Notes: a model not told the origin generated them from the letters alone. DNA of 64,000 nucleotides from Candidatus Brocadiia bacterium (GCA_050015075.1 JBEKCB010000023.1:23018-87017); one strand, 5' to 3'; counted from the stretch's first letter, positions 46,746 to 57,003 are shown. Made by a program: numbers and translations.

Positions 46746-47280
46746 CGCCTGTCTTCTCCACGTAATCCATCTCGCCCGTCAGCCGGTCGAACGACAGCAC
46801 GACCTCTTCGCCGGTGTGCCCGGTCAGCGTCACCATGTGAGGATCGAGCGTGCCATCGGGCCAGGCCGTGACCTCCGCCACGTCGTGCACGACCTCCGTC
46901 CCATCCGCGAACCGCACCGAGACGAATTGCACTCCTTCCGGCAGATGGTGATAGGCGAAACTCTCCGTCCCCATCTGCACGCACCAGGAGTTCTCGGCAA
47001 CGTCGTAGAGCACCCGGGTCGGCTGGCTCCGCGACGCGGCCGCATTGAGGGCCCACTGCGCCACGCTCTCCACCTCGTGCGCCGCTCCGCGCAGGCGCCA
47101 GCGGACGCTGATGCCGTCAATGGCCAGGCGGCTTACGGTGATCACCAGCGCCAGGATGACCAGCGCTGCCATCATTTCAATCAGCGTGAGCGCGGGCGCA
47201 CCCGCGCGCCGGGACGTCCCCGGCTGGACTGCCGCGGCGAATCCGCCGCGGACGGCCATACTGTGTTTGATGGGCGCCAT
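46735..47280 (-). CDS. gspH: T2SS minor pseudopilin H
   Basis: ALTLIEMMAALVIL; WPDG; position after gspG. Confidence 0.75.
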   Translation of the reverse strand: MAPIKHSMAVRGGFAAAVQPGTSRRAGAPALTLIEMMAALVILALVITVSRLAIDGISVRWRLRGAAHEVESVAQWALNAAASRSQPTRVLYDVAENSWCVQMGTESFAYHHLPEGVQFVSVRFADGTEVVHDVAEVTAWPDGTLDPHMVTLTGHTGEEVVLSFDRLTGEMDYVEKTGDAE

Positions 47281-47283
47281 CCG

Positions 47284-47757
47284 CTACTGGTCCTTCCTGG
47301 CCCCGCCGAGTTCCCAACTGTTGATATCCGCGTCGTACCCTTCGCCGCCCTCCACGCCGTCGCGGCCGTAGCAGATGACGTCGAACCGCCCGTGCGTCCC
47401 GGGACACTCATAAAAGTACTCGTGTCCCCACGGATCGAGCGGGATGGAATCGCTGTCCAGGTACTTGCGCTGTCCCCACTTTTCGGCGGTGGGCCCGGTC
47501 GTTGGCTTCTCGATCAGCGCCTTCAGCCCCTGTTGAGTGGTCGGATAGAAGCCGTTGTCCAGGTAGAACAGGTCCAGCGCGCCCATGAACTGCGCAATCT
47601 GCGCACGCGCCGTGTTCACGCGCGCGTCCTCCAGCCTGTCCAGCACCACCTTCCCCACGACCGTCGCAAGCATCCCGAGGATAATCACGACGACCATGAC
47701 CTCCAGCAGCGTCATGCCGTCCGCGACGCGCCGCCCAAAGCCCGCATGAAATTTCAT
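47284..47757 (-). CDS. gspG: T2SS major pseudopilin G
   Basis: GMTLLEVMVVVIILGMLA, FYLDNGFYPTTQQGLKAL, DPWGHEY, GRDGVEGGEG..ADI. Confidence 0.95.
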   Translation of the reverse strand: MKFHAGFGRRVADGMTLLEVMVVVIILGMLATVVGKVVLDRLEDARVNTARAQIAQFMGALDLFYLDNGFYPTTQQGLKALIEKPTTGPTAEKWGQRKYLDSDSIPLDPWGHEYFYECPGTHGRFDVICYGRDGVEGGEGYDADINSWELGGARKDQ

Positions 47758-47770
47758 CTTCGTCTCCCGT

Positions 47771-48979
47771 CTAAATGTGGCTCAACTCGAGGATCGTCAC
47801 CATCAGCGACGTGGCAATGAACCCGACCACTCCGGCCATCAGCAGCACCAGGACCGGCTCCAGCGCAGCCAGCAGGCGCTTGGACGTGACGTCCACCTCC
47901 TGCTCATAGGCCTCCGACACGTGCTCGAGCACGTCCGCCAGGCTGCCGCTGCGCTCGCCCACGGCCACCATGTACCCGACCATCGGCGGGAAGAGAGCGC
48001 TCGCCTGCATCCGGGCGGAGATCTCCTTTCCCTCGATCACGTCCCGGCGGATCCGGCCGATCTCCTCGGCGAAAGCGGCATTCGGCACGACGCCCTCGAG
48101 AACCTCGAGCGCTTCCAGCGCGGGCACGCCCGTGCGCAGCAGGGTGGAGAACGTCATGGCGAACCGCGCCACCAGGCTTTTCAGCCACAGCTTGCCGAGG
48201 ATCGGCATCCGGAGCATCCAGGCGTCCATGGCCCCGCGCCGGCGCTCGGACCGGCGCCACCAGATCACCGCGCCGGCCGCCGCGGCCGCCGCCGGCAGGA
48301 CCGTCCACGCGAAGCCGCGCACCAGGTCTCCCAGGCGGAACAGGATCTGCGTCGTCAGCGGGAGCGGCCGGTGGTGCTGTTGCAGCAGCGGCTTGATCAC
48401 GGGCACCACGTAGCCCGAAAGGAACACCAGCAGTCCAAACACCATCACCAGGAGAATGGCCGGATAGATTAGGGCGGTCGTCACGCGGGCCTGCATCTGC
48501 CGGCGACGTTCGAGAAAATCCGCCAGCCGCATGAAGACTGTGTCCATCGAGCCGCTCTTCTCGCCCGAGGCCACCATGCCCACGTACGAGCGGTCGAAGA
48601 ATTGCGGGTAGCCGGCCATGGACTCAGCGAGGGAACGCCCCGCGTTGACCGCTTCGGCCACCTCGTGGAGGGCTTGCGAAAGGCCGCGATGCTCGCTCTG
48701 GGAAGCCAGTACGCCCAGCGCGCTGACCGCGGGCACGCCGGAGGCGAGCAGGATGGCGAGTTGGCGCGTGAAGACCGTCACGTGCTGCATGACCCGCGCC
48801 CGCGGGCCGGGCAGGCGATCCACCAGGCGGGCCGCCATGCGCTCGGCGCGCTCGACCCGTTCGGGGAAGAGGCGCATCTCGCGCAGCCGCGCCCGCGCGT
48901 CCTCGACGCTGTCGGCCACCAGCGTCCCGGCCACCGTCGCGCCCGCCTCGTCAACCGCCTTGTACCGAAAACTGCCCAT
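47771..48979 (-). CDS. gspF: T2SS inner-membrane platform protein F
   Basis: FRYKA, FTRQLAILLASGVP, GEKSG, ALIYP, VGERSG, LEP. Confidence 0.92.
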   Translation of the reverse strand: MGSFRYKAVDEAGATVAGTLVADSVEDARARLREMRLFPERVERAERMAARLVDRLPGPRARVMQHVTVFTRQLAILLASGVPAVSALGVLASQSEHRGLSQALHEVAEAVNAGRSLAESMAGYPQFFDRSYVGMVASGEKSGSMDTVFMRLADFLERRRQMQARVTTALIYPAILLVMVFGLLVFLSGYVVPVIKPLLQQHHRPLPLTTQILFRLGDLVRGFAWTVLPAAAAAAGAVIWWRRSERRRGAMDAWMLRMPILGKLWLKSLVARFAMTFSTLLRTGVPALEALEVLEGVVPNAAFAEEIGRIRRDVIEGKEISARMQASALFPPMVGYMVAVGERSGSLADVLEHVSEAYEQEVDVTSKRLLAALEPVLVLLMAGVVGFIATSLMVTILELSHI

Positions 48980-49087
48980 CGTCGAACTCGGCCTCAACCG
49001 CTGGCCCAGGCGCCCTCGCCTGTGCGGAAACACTCATCGCTGTGTCGCAGCCGAGGGCGGCTGGGACGCCTGTCATGCGGCGTTCAA

Positions 49088-50815
49088 TCAGGGCTTGGGC
49101 GCCTGCGTTTCATCGTCTCGCTGAGTCACGCGAAGCACCTCCTCGACGGTGGTCAGCCCGGCGAGCGCCTTCCCTGCGCCGTCGGCGCGCAGGAGCGTCA
49201 GCCCGTTGCGCGTCCCCGCCTCGCGGATCTCGGAAGCGGAGGCGCGCCGATTGATCAGCGGCCGTATCGCGTCGTCCACCAGCAGAAGCTCGTAGATGCC
49301 CAGGCGGCCGCGGTAGCCGGTCGCCAGGCATTGATCGCAGCCGGCGCCGCGCCGCAGGCTGGCCCGGCGGCCTTGCTCGACGCCGAGGTTCAGCAGCGCC
49401 AGGTCGGCGGCGGAGACCTCGTCCGGGCGGCCGCACGCCGGGCAGACCCGTCTCACCAGCCGCTGTGCGAGCACGGCGAGCAGGGCCGAGGAGATCAGGA
49501 ACGGCTCGACCCCCAGGTCCAGCAACCGGGCAATGGCGCCGGCGGAGTCGTTCGTGTGCAGCGTGCTGAAGACCAGGTGGCCGGTGAGCGAGGATTGCAC
49601 GGCGATCGAGGCCGTCTCCTCGTCGCGGATCTCGCCGATCATGATGATATCCGGGTCCTGCCGGACCACGGACCGGAGCATCGAGCCGAACGTGACGTTC
49701 TTCCGCGGCAGCACCTGAATCTGGCTGATGCCCGGGACCTTGTACTCGACCGGGTCCTCGATCGTGATGATATTCTGCTCGGGCGAGTTGATCTTCATCA
49801 GCGCCGCGTAGAGCGTGGTGGTCTTGCCGCTGCCGGTCGGCCCGGTGACGAGGATCATGCCGTGCGACATGTTGATCAGCCGCTCGAACTCGGTCAGGTT
49901 GCGGTCGGAGAGGCCGACTTCCTCGAGCTTGAGGAGCTTCTGTTCCTTGTCGAGGAGGCGCAGCACGGCCCGCTCGCCCTCGTCGGTGGGGATAACGGAC
50001 ATGCGCACGTCAATCTCGCGGTCCGCGTAGCGGAACGAGGCGCGGCCATCCTGGGCAGAGCGGCGCTCGGCGATGTCCATCTTCCCCAGCACTTTCACGC
50101 GCGAGAGGATCGCATCCTGCGACGAGCGCGGCAGGTCCAGCACATCGTGCAGGATGCCGTCGGTGCGGAAGCGCACGCGCAATCGGTCGCCGGTGGGCTG
50201 AAAGTGGATATCGCTCGAGCCGCTGCGCACGGCCTGCGCGACGAGCAGCGAGACGAGCTTGACCACGGGCGTCTTGCGCATGAGTTCCGCGAAATCCGTC
50301 ACGCGTTCGATCCGGGCGGCGCTCTCGGCGAACTCATCTTCCGGCAACTCGCCGGCGGCGTATTCGAGGTACTCCGGCCGCTGGCGCACCGAGCGGTCCA
50401 CGGCCGCCTCGATCTCCTTCCGCGGCGCCAGCACAAAAGTGACGGGCCGCCCGAACAGGACCGAGAACTCCGCGACCACCGCGTGCATGTCCGGCCCGAG
50501 CGCAACCGCCGCCTCCACCGCATCCTCCGTGATCCGGCAGGCAACGGCGCCGACCTGCCGCGCGTACTCCGGCGGGACTTTTTGGAAGAACTCCTCCGGC
50601 GCTACAAATCCTGACAAGGAGGCGAGATAGGGAACGCCCATGTATTCCGCAGCCCATACCGAGAGCCGATCCTCATCCACGCTGGGCTGCCGACGAATGA
50701 CCTCGGCCGGCGGGCGCCAGTCGGTCTCGCAGGCGGCGGCCAGCGCAATGGCCTGCGTGTCGGAGATCACGCCGGCCTTCTGCAACGCCTCAAGGGTATT
50801 TCGATTCTCGCTCAT
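49088..50815 (-). CDS. gspE: T2SS ATPase E
   Basis: SDIH, GPTGSGKTTTLY, EDPVE, RQDPDIIMIGEIRD, CPAC..CDQC, GYRGR. Confidence 0.95.
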   Translation of the reverse strand: MSENRNTLEALQKAGVISDTQAIALAAACETDWRPPAEVIRRQPSVDEDRLSVWAAEYMGVPYLASLSGFVAPEEFFQKVPPEYARQVGAVACRITEDAVEAAVALGPDMHAVVAEFSVLFGRPVTFVLAPRKEIEAAVDRSVRQRPEYLEYAAGELPEDEFAESAARIERVTDFAELMRKTPVVKLVSLLVAQAVRSGSSDIHFQPTGDRLRVRFRTDGILHDVLDLPRSSQDAILSRVKVLGKMDIAERRSAQDGRASFRYADREIDVRMSVIPTDEGERAVLRLLDKEQKLLKLEEVGLSDRNLTEFERLINMSHGMILVTGPTGSGKTTTLYAALMKINSPEQNIITIEDPVEYKVPGISQIQVLPRKNVTFGSMLRSVVRQDPDIIMIGEIRDEETASIAVQSSLTGHLVFSTLHTNDSAGAIARLLDLGVEPFLISSALLAVLAQRLVRRVCPACGRPDEVSAADLALLNLGVEQGRRASLRRGAGCDQCLATGYRGRLGIYELLLVDDAIRPLINRRASASEIREAGTRNGLTLLRADGAGKALAGLTTVEEVLRVTQRDDETQAPKP

Positions 50816-52791
50816 TTGCTCTCAGGGCTTGGGGGCATGCCCGGCGACGGCATCGGCGCCGGCTCGGGCGCCACGTACTTGGTCACGCTATCGTCCTGCA
50901 ATTCGGGGACGGATTCGTTCATCGCTTTCAGTTGGGCTTTCTGCTCTCCGACCAACTGGGCCATGTTCCCCTTGGTGCGGATGACGTGCGGCGTGATGAA
51001 AATACACAGGTTCACGTGCTGAAGCTCGGTCGTAGTGTTGCGGAAGAGATAGCCCAGGATCGGGATATCGCCGAGGAAAGGTACTTTCTGGACGGTCTTG
51101 GTGTCGTTGGTATTCGTCAAGCCGCCAATGACGATCGTGGCGCCGTCGGGCACTGTCACCTGGGTCGTGGCCTTTCGCGAGTTCTTGTTATACAGCGGCA
51201 CTCCGGCTGTCGTGATCGTGGTGGGCTCGAACTCCTCAGTCAGCGACACGATCTCCATGCGGACGGTGCCCTCGTCATTGATGTGCGGGGTGATCTCCAG
51301 CGAAATGCTGGCCGTGACGGGCGGGCCGGAGGTGACGCCGCTGGTCGTGCCCTCGGGCGAGATGATGGACTGTTGGGTCTGTTTTTCTTCAGAGATATCC
51401 ACGGTTGCTTTGCTGTTGTCGTTGGTCGTCACGAGAGGCCCGGCTATGAACACCACGCTCTGGTCCTGCAGCGACAGCTGGACGATGGCGGGGATGTTGA
51501 GATTCTTGAAGACAGCGGCGGTGAGGCCGCCGTTCGCTGGAGGAACGGGGGTTTCGCCGGTGCCGCTCGCGTTGAGCGTCGTCAGACCGAAGGTGGTGGC
51601 GGCGGCACCGATGACGCCGGAAGTTGAAGTGGGCACGTCCGCCGTGGCCAACTGGACGCCCAACTGCGCCATCCGGTCGGTGCTCAGCTCGACGATGGCC
51701 GACTGGATCTGCACCTGATCCCTGGGCTTATCTATCTGTTTGAAAAGCGGGAGATACTCGGCGTAGCGGTCCGGCGAGGCGATGACAATGAGCGAGCAGT
51801 TGATCGAGTCGGCGATGACGGTGGGGCACTGCTCCGCGGCGCCCGCGCTTCGCGCTTTCACGGCGGTGAACACGCTGTTCAGCACCTGCACCATTTCCGC
51901 TACGTCGCGGTTCAGAACCCGGTAGGTGTGGAACGTGCGCGACGTCTCGGCGGGCAGAACGTCAACCATCCGGATGAACTCCGTCACACGCGCCACATCC
52001 TCCGGATAGCCGAAGAGGACGAAGGAGTTGATGGACGGCTGAACGATGATGGAGAACGACTCCAGTCGCCTCTTGATGACCGGATCGGCATTCAGCGCCA
52101 TGTTCTTCACGAAAGCTTCCACGACGCTCCGCAGGCTGTCCACCGAATACTTCTCCAGCGTGACGATATCGGGCCGGTTGCCCTCCCATCGGGTATCGAG
52201 CTTGTCAATCAGCGTCAGCATCGTCTTGAGTTGCGGGCCGTACTCGGTGATGATCAGCGTGTTCGAGTCGGGATAAAGTTGCACGCTGCCGGCCTTCGAC
52301 TTCAGGGCCATGAGGATGCCCTGCAATTTGGCGGCATCGGCCTTCTTCACTTCCTTCGTAATCGTCACGAGCGTCTGTCCGGCGATGGCGCCCTCGTTCT
52401 GGTCCTGGACGATCGGGACGCCTTCCATGTTGCCCTCGGCGACGATCTGAATCTGGTAAGGCGTCTCGATCATGACGTAGCCGGCGGCGCGCAGCGCGGT
52501 CGAGAGGATCTCCGCCGCCTTCTTGACCGGCACGGCGGCGGCCTGACCGGAGGAGACGATGTCAATCTTGCGGTCCCCGGGGAACTTGTCGGGCAGCAGG
52601 ACCGGCTTGTGGGTGAACTCGCTCAGGTACTGCACGACGGCGTGCAGCGTGACGCCGGCGAAGTTGATGGTGACCATCTCCTCCGGCTTGGCAACGGCGG
52701 GGACCGGTGTCGGCGGCGGCGCCGCAAAGACGCCGGCGACCAGCGCCAGACTCAACACGCCCGCGATGACGAATACGCGAGTCGGCTTCAT
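50812..52791 (-). CDS. gspD: T2SS secretin D
   Basis: Signal peptide, N0 (TINF), repeated N domains, QVQIQSAIVE, LEITPHIN, KVPFLGDIPILGYLF, IFITPH. Confidence 0.92.
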   Translation of the reverse strand: MKPTRVFVIAGVLSLALVAGVFAAPPPTPVPAVAKPEEMVTINFAGVTLHAVVQYLSEFTHKPVLLPDKFPGDRKIDIVSSGQAAAVPVKKAAEILSTALRAAGYVMIETPYQIQIVAEGNMEGVPIVQDQNEGAIAGQTLVTITKEVKKADAAKLQGILMALKSKAGSVQLYPDSNTLIITEYGPQLKTMLTLIDKLDTRWEGNRPDIVTLEKYSVDSLRSVVEAFVKNMALNADPVIKRRLESFSIIVQPSINSFVLFGYPEDVARVTEFIRMVDVLPAETSRTFHTYRVLNRDVAEMVQVLNSVFTAVKARSAGAAEQCPTVIADSINCSLIVIASPDRYAEYLPLFKQIDKPRDQVQIQSAIVELSTDRMAQLGVQLATADVPTSTSGVIGAAATTFGLTTLNASGTGETPVPPANGGLTAAVFKNLNIPAIVQLSLQDQSVVFIAGPLVTTNDNSKATVDISEEKQTQQSIISPEGTTSGVTSGPPVTASISLEITPHINDEGTVRMEIVSLTEEFEPTTITTAGVPLYNKNSRKATTQVTVPDGATIVIGGLTNTNDTKTVQKVPFLGDIPILGYLFRNTTTELQHVNLCIFITPHVIRTKGNMAQLVGEQKAQLKAMNESVPELQDDSVTKYVAPEPAPMPSPGMPPSPESK

Positions 52792-53720
52792 GGCTCGACC
52801 TCCTTTGAAACTCGTTTGACGAAAACGACTTGCGTTGTGGCGTCAGTCCTTCGCACCAGCGCCTCGAGGGCCTCATTCGGCCCATCGGCGGGAGTGACCG
52901 TCACGGTGAAGTAATCGCTCTGAGCGGACAGAGCTTGCGCCAGGATGGCCGGACCGGATGAAGCAGGGTCCAATCCCTGCACAAACGCGGCGACGGCCGC
53001 ATCGCTCTGGAACGGCTGCTGCTCCCGCTGCGCAATGACCTGCTGCGAGATCGTCGGATCGCCCCATAGAGCGTCGAGCACCTCGCGCGAAGCGGTGTTG
53101 AGGTTGATGCGCGCCGGGTGCGTGCTCAGCAGCGAATCGAGCTGGGGCTTGAGCGCGCTCTGGGTGAACAGGCTCGGCTTCAGTTCGGGGATCCGCCGAA
53201 GACCGGCGATCATCGGCAAAGGGCTCTTCGGGGCGAGGTCGTCGTGCGGGCCCGGAGTGGCCGGATCTATCCACGCGCAGATCTCGTCGAAATCGCTTCG
53301 GCTTCCGCCGGCGATCTCGACGAGGCGCTCAAGCGCGTCGCGCAGGTCCGGGCTCTTGGTCGGATCGGCCGGCGGACACGCGGCGCGATTCACGTTCAGC
53401 TTGCGGTTCTCGTCCAGGATGTTGACCAGCACGTTTTCCGTTCCGATCTGAAAGGAGAGATCAGCCGCGGCCCAGGGCTGGTCGAGCGAATCGAACCGGC
53501 CCGTCCCGCCGTTGGCGCGGAGCATGGCCATCGCCATGTTCAGCGCGGATTCCGCCGCACATTCCCGCCGCAAGGCGTCGCGCGCGTTACGCGCCGTGCT
53601 GCCGTACACCCCGGCCGAGTAACTGAAGGCATAGCCCAGCACGACCAGGATGCTCAGCACGAGCACGGTCATAACGAGCACGAAAGCCCTGTCACTTCGA
53701 GAGTCGCGCAGTAGTCTCAT
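52788..53720 (-). CDS. gspK: T2SS minor pseudopilin K
   Basis: AFVLVMTVLVL, D.LDQPWA, DENRKLNVN, INLNTA, SDYF. Exact start uncertain. Confidence 0.85.
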   Translation of the reverse strand: MRLLRDSRSDRAFVLVMTVLVLSILVVLGYAFSYSAGVYGSTARNARDALRRECAAESALNMAMAMLRANGGTGRFDSLDQPWAAADLSFQIGTENVLVNILDENRKLNVNRAACPPADPTKSPDLRDALERLVEIAGGSRSDFDEICAWIDPATPGPHDDLAPKSPLPMIAGLRRIPELKPSLFTQSALKPQLDSLLSTHPARINLNTASREVLDALWGDPTISQQVIAQREQQPFQSDAAVAAFVQGLDPASSGPAILAQALSAQSDYFTVTVTPADGPNEALEALVRRTDATTQVVFVKRVSKEVEP

Positions 53721-54234
53721 AGGCGGAAATCTGAACGTGAGCGTCAATCAGCGCCGTCTGTCCGGCCCGGCCGCCGGCGGCGCTCGGTGTAATCCGAAGT
53801 TCCTTCGTTCGCACGGCCGGCGCAATCTGCTCGACGGCATGCAGGAAGAGCGCCAGGTCCTCGCGGGTGACACTGATCAGCGCCAGGTCAATGATCTGCT
53901 CCTGGATGCGCTCGTCATAGCGCGCCGGGCTGGCGCTCATGGTGGTGATGCGGTCGGCGATACCGCGGTCCTTGGCAATGGCGGTCACGGCGTTCGGAGT
54001 CAGGTGGACGCCCGGAGGCAGCGTCTGGCCCGCCACACCCGATTGGGCCTTGAGCGCCCGGAATTCGTCCGCGAGGGTTTCCATCGCGCGCACCCGGTCG
54101 CGGTGCTGGCCGCGCTCGACGCCCGCACTGCGCAGGCGAAGCGCCAGGCTGACATCGGCCAGCGAACAGGCCACAATGGCCAGCGCCAGGCTGAAAGCCC
54201 AGGGATGCTGTTTGATCGTGGCCGAGGCGTTCAT
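53692..54234 (-). CDS. gspM: T2SS GspM-like protein
   Basis: TM, coiled region and ferredoxin-like C-terminus; lies directly after gspL. Confidence 0.6.
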   Translation of the reverse strand: MNASATIKQHPWAFSLALAIVACSLADVSLALRLRSAGVERGQHRDRVRAMETLADEFRALKAQSGVAGQTLPPGVHLTPNAVTAIAKDRGIADRITTMSASPARYDERIQEQIIDLALISVTREDLALFLHAVEQIAPAVRTKELRITPSAAGGRAGQTALIDAHVQISAYETTARLSK

Positions 54235-55619
54235 CGGTAGCGCAGCTCCATGCTGAAAGTGGACCCCGCGCTGCCGGTGTTTCGCGTGACGAAGTGCGGA
54301 TCGGATTGAAAAACACCCGAAGCTTGCACGCTCGCCCGGAACGCAGAGGCGGCGGCGGTGTCCCTGGCGCGGCCGGTGACGGCGATGCGGTCCTGCCCGA
54401 TGTCCAGCGTGTCGAGCGCCACGGTCATGTCCGCCGGGACGAGTTTCATCAGGTCGGCCCAGCGAGTCAGACAGGAGACGATGCGCAGGCGGTCGCTGCG
54501 GGTGATCTCCTTGCGGGCCGCAGCCACGGCCGCTTCGGTCACCTGGATGTTCGGCACGCCGTGAATGCCCGTGACTTCGGTGAAGAGGGCGGCCTCGCGC
54601 GCGCGGTCGGCTGTAATCGTCTTCTGCACGTCCAGCGTCCGGCGCAGCAAGGACACGCCCAGAAGAGCGACGACGGCGGTGGCCAGGGCCAGGACCGCCA
54701 CGAGGCGCCGCTCGATGCGCCGTGCATACGGGGAATAGGCGAACTCTCCGCCGCGCAGGTTCACCGCCAGATGCTTGCGCTCCTCGGCCTCCGCCGCCGC
54801 TCCCAGCGCCGCCGGATACCGTGCGTCATCCGCCAGGTCGCCGGCCGGCGCGGCGGGAAGTTCCAGCGCGGACTGCAGTTCCGCCGACAGCGCCGCGCGG
54901 ATGCTCTCGGGCGCGAGCAGGGCGATGCGCCGGAAGGAACAGGCTCCATGGCTGACTTCATAGGCGCGGACGGCCGAGCGCACCTTGCCGGCAAGGACGC
55001 GCGCGTCAGGCACCGCGCGGCTGTGCGCAGCGGCCCACTGGATGACCTCGCAGGCGAGCACCTCGCCGTCCCGGAGAAAGGCCACCTCCAGTTCGTTCCC
55101 GGCGAGATGCACCAGGAGCGTCTCCTCGCCGCCGGGCAGGACGCGCGCCAGCGATACGATGGCGGGCTGAACGATGCAGGGATCAACTCCGGCAGACCGG
55201 AACTCGGCGAGCAGGTCCTTCAGCCGTTCGCTCGGGCAGGCGGCGACGAGCAATTGCGCGCCCGCGGCGCCGGCGGGATGGATGTCGCTCAGCGGCTCGA
55301 TCACGTACCCTTCGACCTTGCCCGGCAGCCGGCCCTCCAGCGCATAGGTCAAGGTGGACTCGACGCGCCGCGCGGCGCGGTAGGGGAACGAGACTTCTCG
55401 ATAGAAACACCAGCAGGAAGGAACGGCCACAGCGACGGCAGCATTCTCGGCGCCGACTTGGCGCATCAAAGTCGAAATCGCGTCCGCCGGCGGAACCCCG
55501 CCCGGAACGGCAGGGGTATAGGCGATTTCGGCGATGCTTTCCGGGGCGCGGCCCGGCCGGAAGCGGTCCATGCGGACGGCTCGGAGCGTTCCGTCGGACA
55601 GCTCAATACCGACAATCAT
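54231..55619 (-). CDS. gspL: T2SS GspL (PilM/PilN-like fusion)
   Basis: IVGIEL actin-like N-terminus, VNLR.GEF, TM, PilN-like C-terminus. Confidence 0.8.
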   Translation of the reverse strand: MIVGIELSDGTLRAVRMDRFRPGRAPESIAEIAYTPAVPGGVPPADAISTLMRQVGAENAAVAVAVPSCWCFYREVSFPYRAARRVESTLTYALEGRLPGKVEGYVIEPLSDIHPAGAAGAQLLVAACPSERLKDLLAEFRSAGVDPCIVQPAIVSLARVLPGGEETLLVHLAGNELEVAFLRDGEVLACEVIQWAAAHSRAVPDARVLAGKVRSAVRAYEVSHGACSFRRIALLAPESIRAALSAELQSALELPAAPAGDLADDARYPAALGAAAEAEERKHLAVNLRGGEFAYSPYARRIERRLVAVLALATAVVALLGVSLLRRTLDVQKTITADRAREAALFTEVTGIHGVPNIQVTEAAVAAARKEITRSDRLRIVSCLTRWADLMKLVPADMTVALDTLDIGQDRIAVTGRARDTAAASAFRASVQASGVFQSDPHFVTRNTGSAGSTFSMELRYR

Positions 55620-56058
55620 CGCGTACTCCTCGCTCGCATCGCACGGGGAAAATTCCGAGGAAGGGAAAGGCGACGCGACACGTTAGCGTTATACCACTTG
55701 GAGTGAAAAGCGGCAAGGGCCATGCGGGGTTTATTGCCCTCCCGCTTCGCGCTCCTGAAAGTACTGCAGGTTGCGATTTACGCTGCAATTGCGCAAGAAA
55801 ACTCGCGCCGATTGAGATTCTCTCTCCGCCAAATCACTCTCAAACCGTCAGAGCCGAGCTATCGGGAATAGCCCATAATAATACTAAGCAATTATCGTTC
55901 CTTTGGCGAGTCTGCGCCGTAATTTATGTTCTAAGACGCTGTCCGAACGGTACTTCCAACCATGGCGCGGTTCGGATGCTCAGTGGACCTGCCGCGTTCT
56001 CCGGCACCCAGTTCAGGGCGATTGGTCGGCTTTCCCTACACAAGGTGCGCGTCCGCGG

Positions 56059-57003
56059 CTATCTGAAAATCTGCGTATTGGGCAGGGCTGATTTCAGGTA
56101 CGACAACCCGGCGCGCGTCACCCGGGTTCCCTCCAGATACAGTTCCTCCAGCTCCGGCAAATCCTTCAGGAACACTAAGCCGGCATCCGTCACCTTGGTT
56201 CTCTTTAGATAGAGCACCCGCAAGCCTGTCAACTCCCCCAGGTACTCCAAACCGGCGCTTGAGATTCTGGTCTCCGTCAGGTTAAGCGTTCGCAGGCCTT
56301 TCAGCGTCGTCAGATGCGCCAGACCGTCATCCTCCACTTCGGTGTGGGTCAGATCGAGCTCCTGCAGGCCTTTCATTCCCCTCAGTTGCGCCAACCCGAA
56401 GTCCGAAACCTGAGTGGCGCCCAAGGCAAGCTTCTGGAGACTGGGCATCTCTTTCAGGTATGCCATTCCGGCGTTCGTCACCTTGGTGGACGACAAGTCG
56501 AGCTTCTGCAAGCTTTTCAGTTCCTTTATCTGCGCCCAGCCGGCGTTCGTCACAACGGTGTAGTTCAGATCGAGTTCCCGCAGACCTTTCAATTCCTTCA
56601 GGTCCGCCAATCCGACGTCCGTCACCTTGGTACCGCCCAGATCGAGGGTCTGGAGGCCCTTTATCTCCTTCAGTTGCGCCAGGCCGGCATCCGTCACCCC
56701 GGTACCGCTGAGATTGAGCTTCTGCAAGGCCGTCATGTCCTTCAGGTTCGCCAACCCGGCGTCCGTCACGCTGGTGTAAGCCAGGTCGAGGTCCCGCAGG
56801 CCTTTCAGGTCCTTGAGATTCGCCAACCCGGCGTCCGTCACCCGCGGGCCCCTCACAAGGAGCGACTGCAGGTCCTGCTTGTCTTTCAAACCGGCCAAGT
56901 CGGCATCCGTAGCGCTGAAGAGAGCCAAATCCGTGGCAGTCGCCGTCACGCTGAAACCGGCCAATACCAATGCCAGAATGCAACCCCATGCGCGCTTAAC
57001 CAT
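56059..57003 (-). CDS. Secreted leucine-rich repeat protein (about 11 repeats of 24 aa)
   Basis: Signal peptide; LxxLxLxxTxVTDAGLxxLK repeats. Confidence 0.9.
   Translation of the reverse strand: MVKRAWGCILALVLAGFSVTATATDLALFSATDADLAGLKDKQDLQSLLVRGPRVTDAGLANLKDLKGLRDLDLAYTSVTDAGLANLKDMTALQKLNLSGTGVTDAGLAQLKEIKGLQTLDLGGTKVTDVGLADLKELKGLRELDLNYTVVTNAGWAQIKELKSLQKLDLSSTKVTNAGMAYLKEMPSLQKLALGATQVSDFGLAQLRGMKGLQELDLTHTEVEDDGLAHLTTLKGLRTLNLTETRISSAGLEYLGELTGLRVLYLKRTKVTDAGLVFLKDLPELEELYLEGTRVTRAGLSYLKSALPNTQIFR

Noticed and set aside
45592-55619. Interpretation as a type IV pilus or competence locus
   Set aside because: GspG-specific motifs, a GspK and a GspD-type secretin are present and there is no PilT, which favours T2SS.
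55620-56058. sigma54 promoter or ncRNA upstream of gspL; ORF 55703-56212
   Set aside because: The best -24/-12 candidate lacks the invariant GG, no convincing RNA structure was seen, and the ORF is non-coding-like and overlaps the LRR gene.
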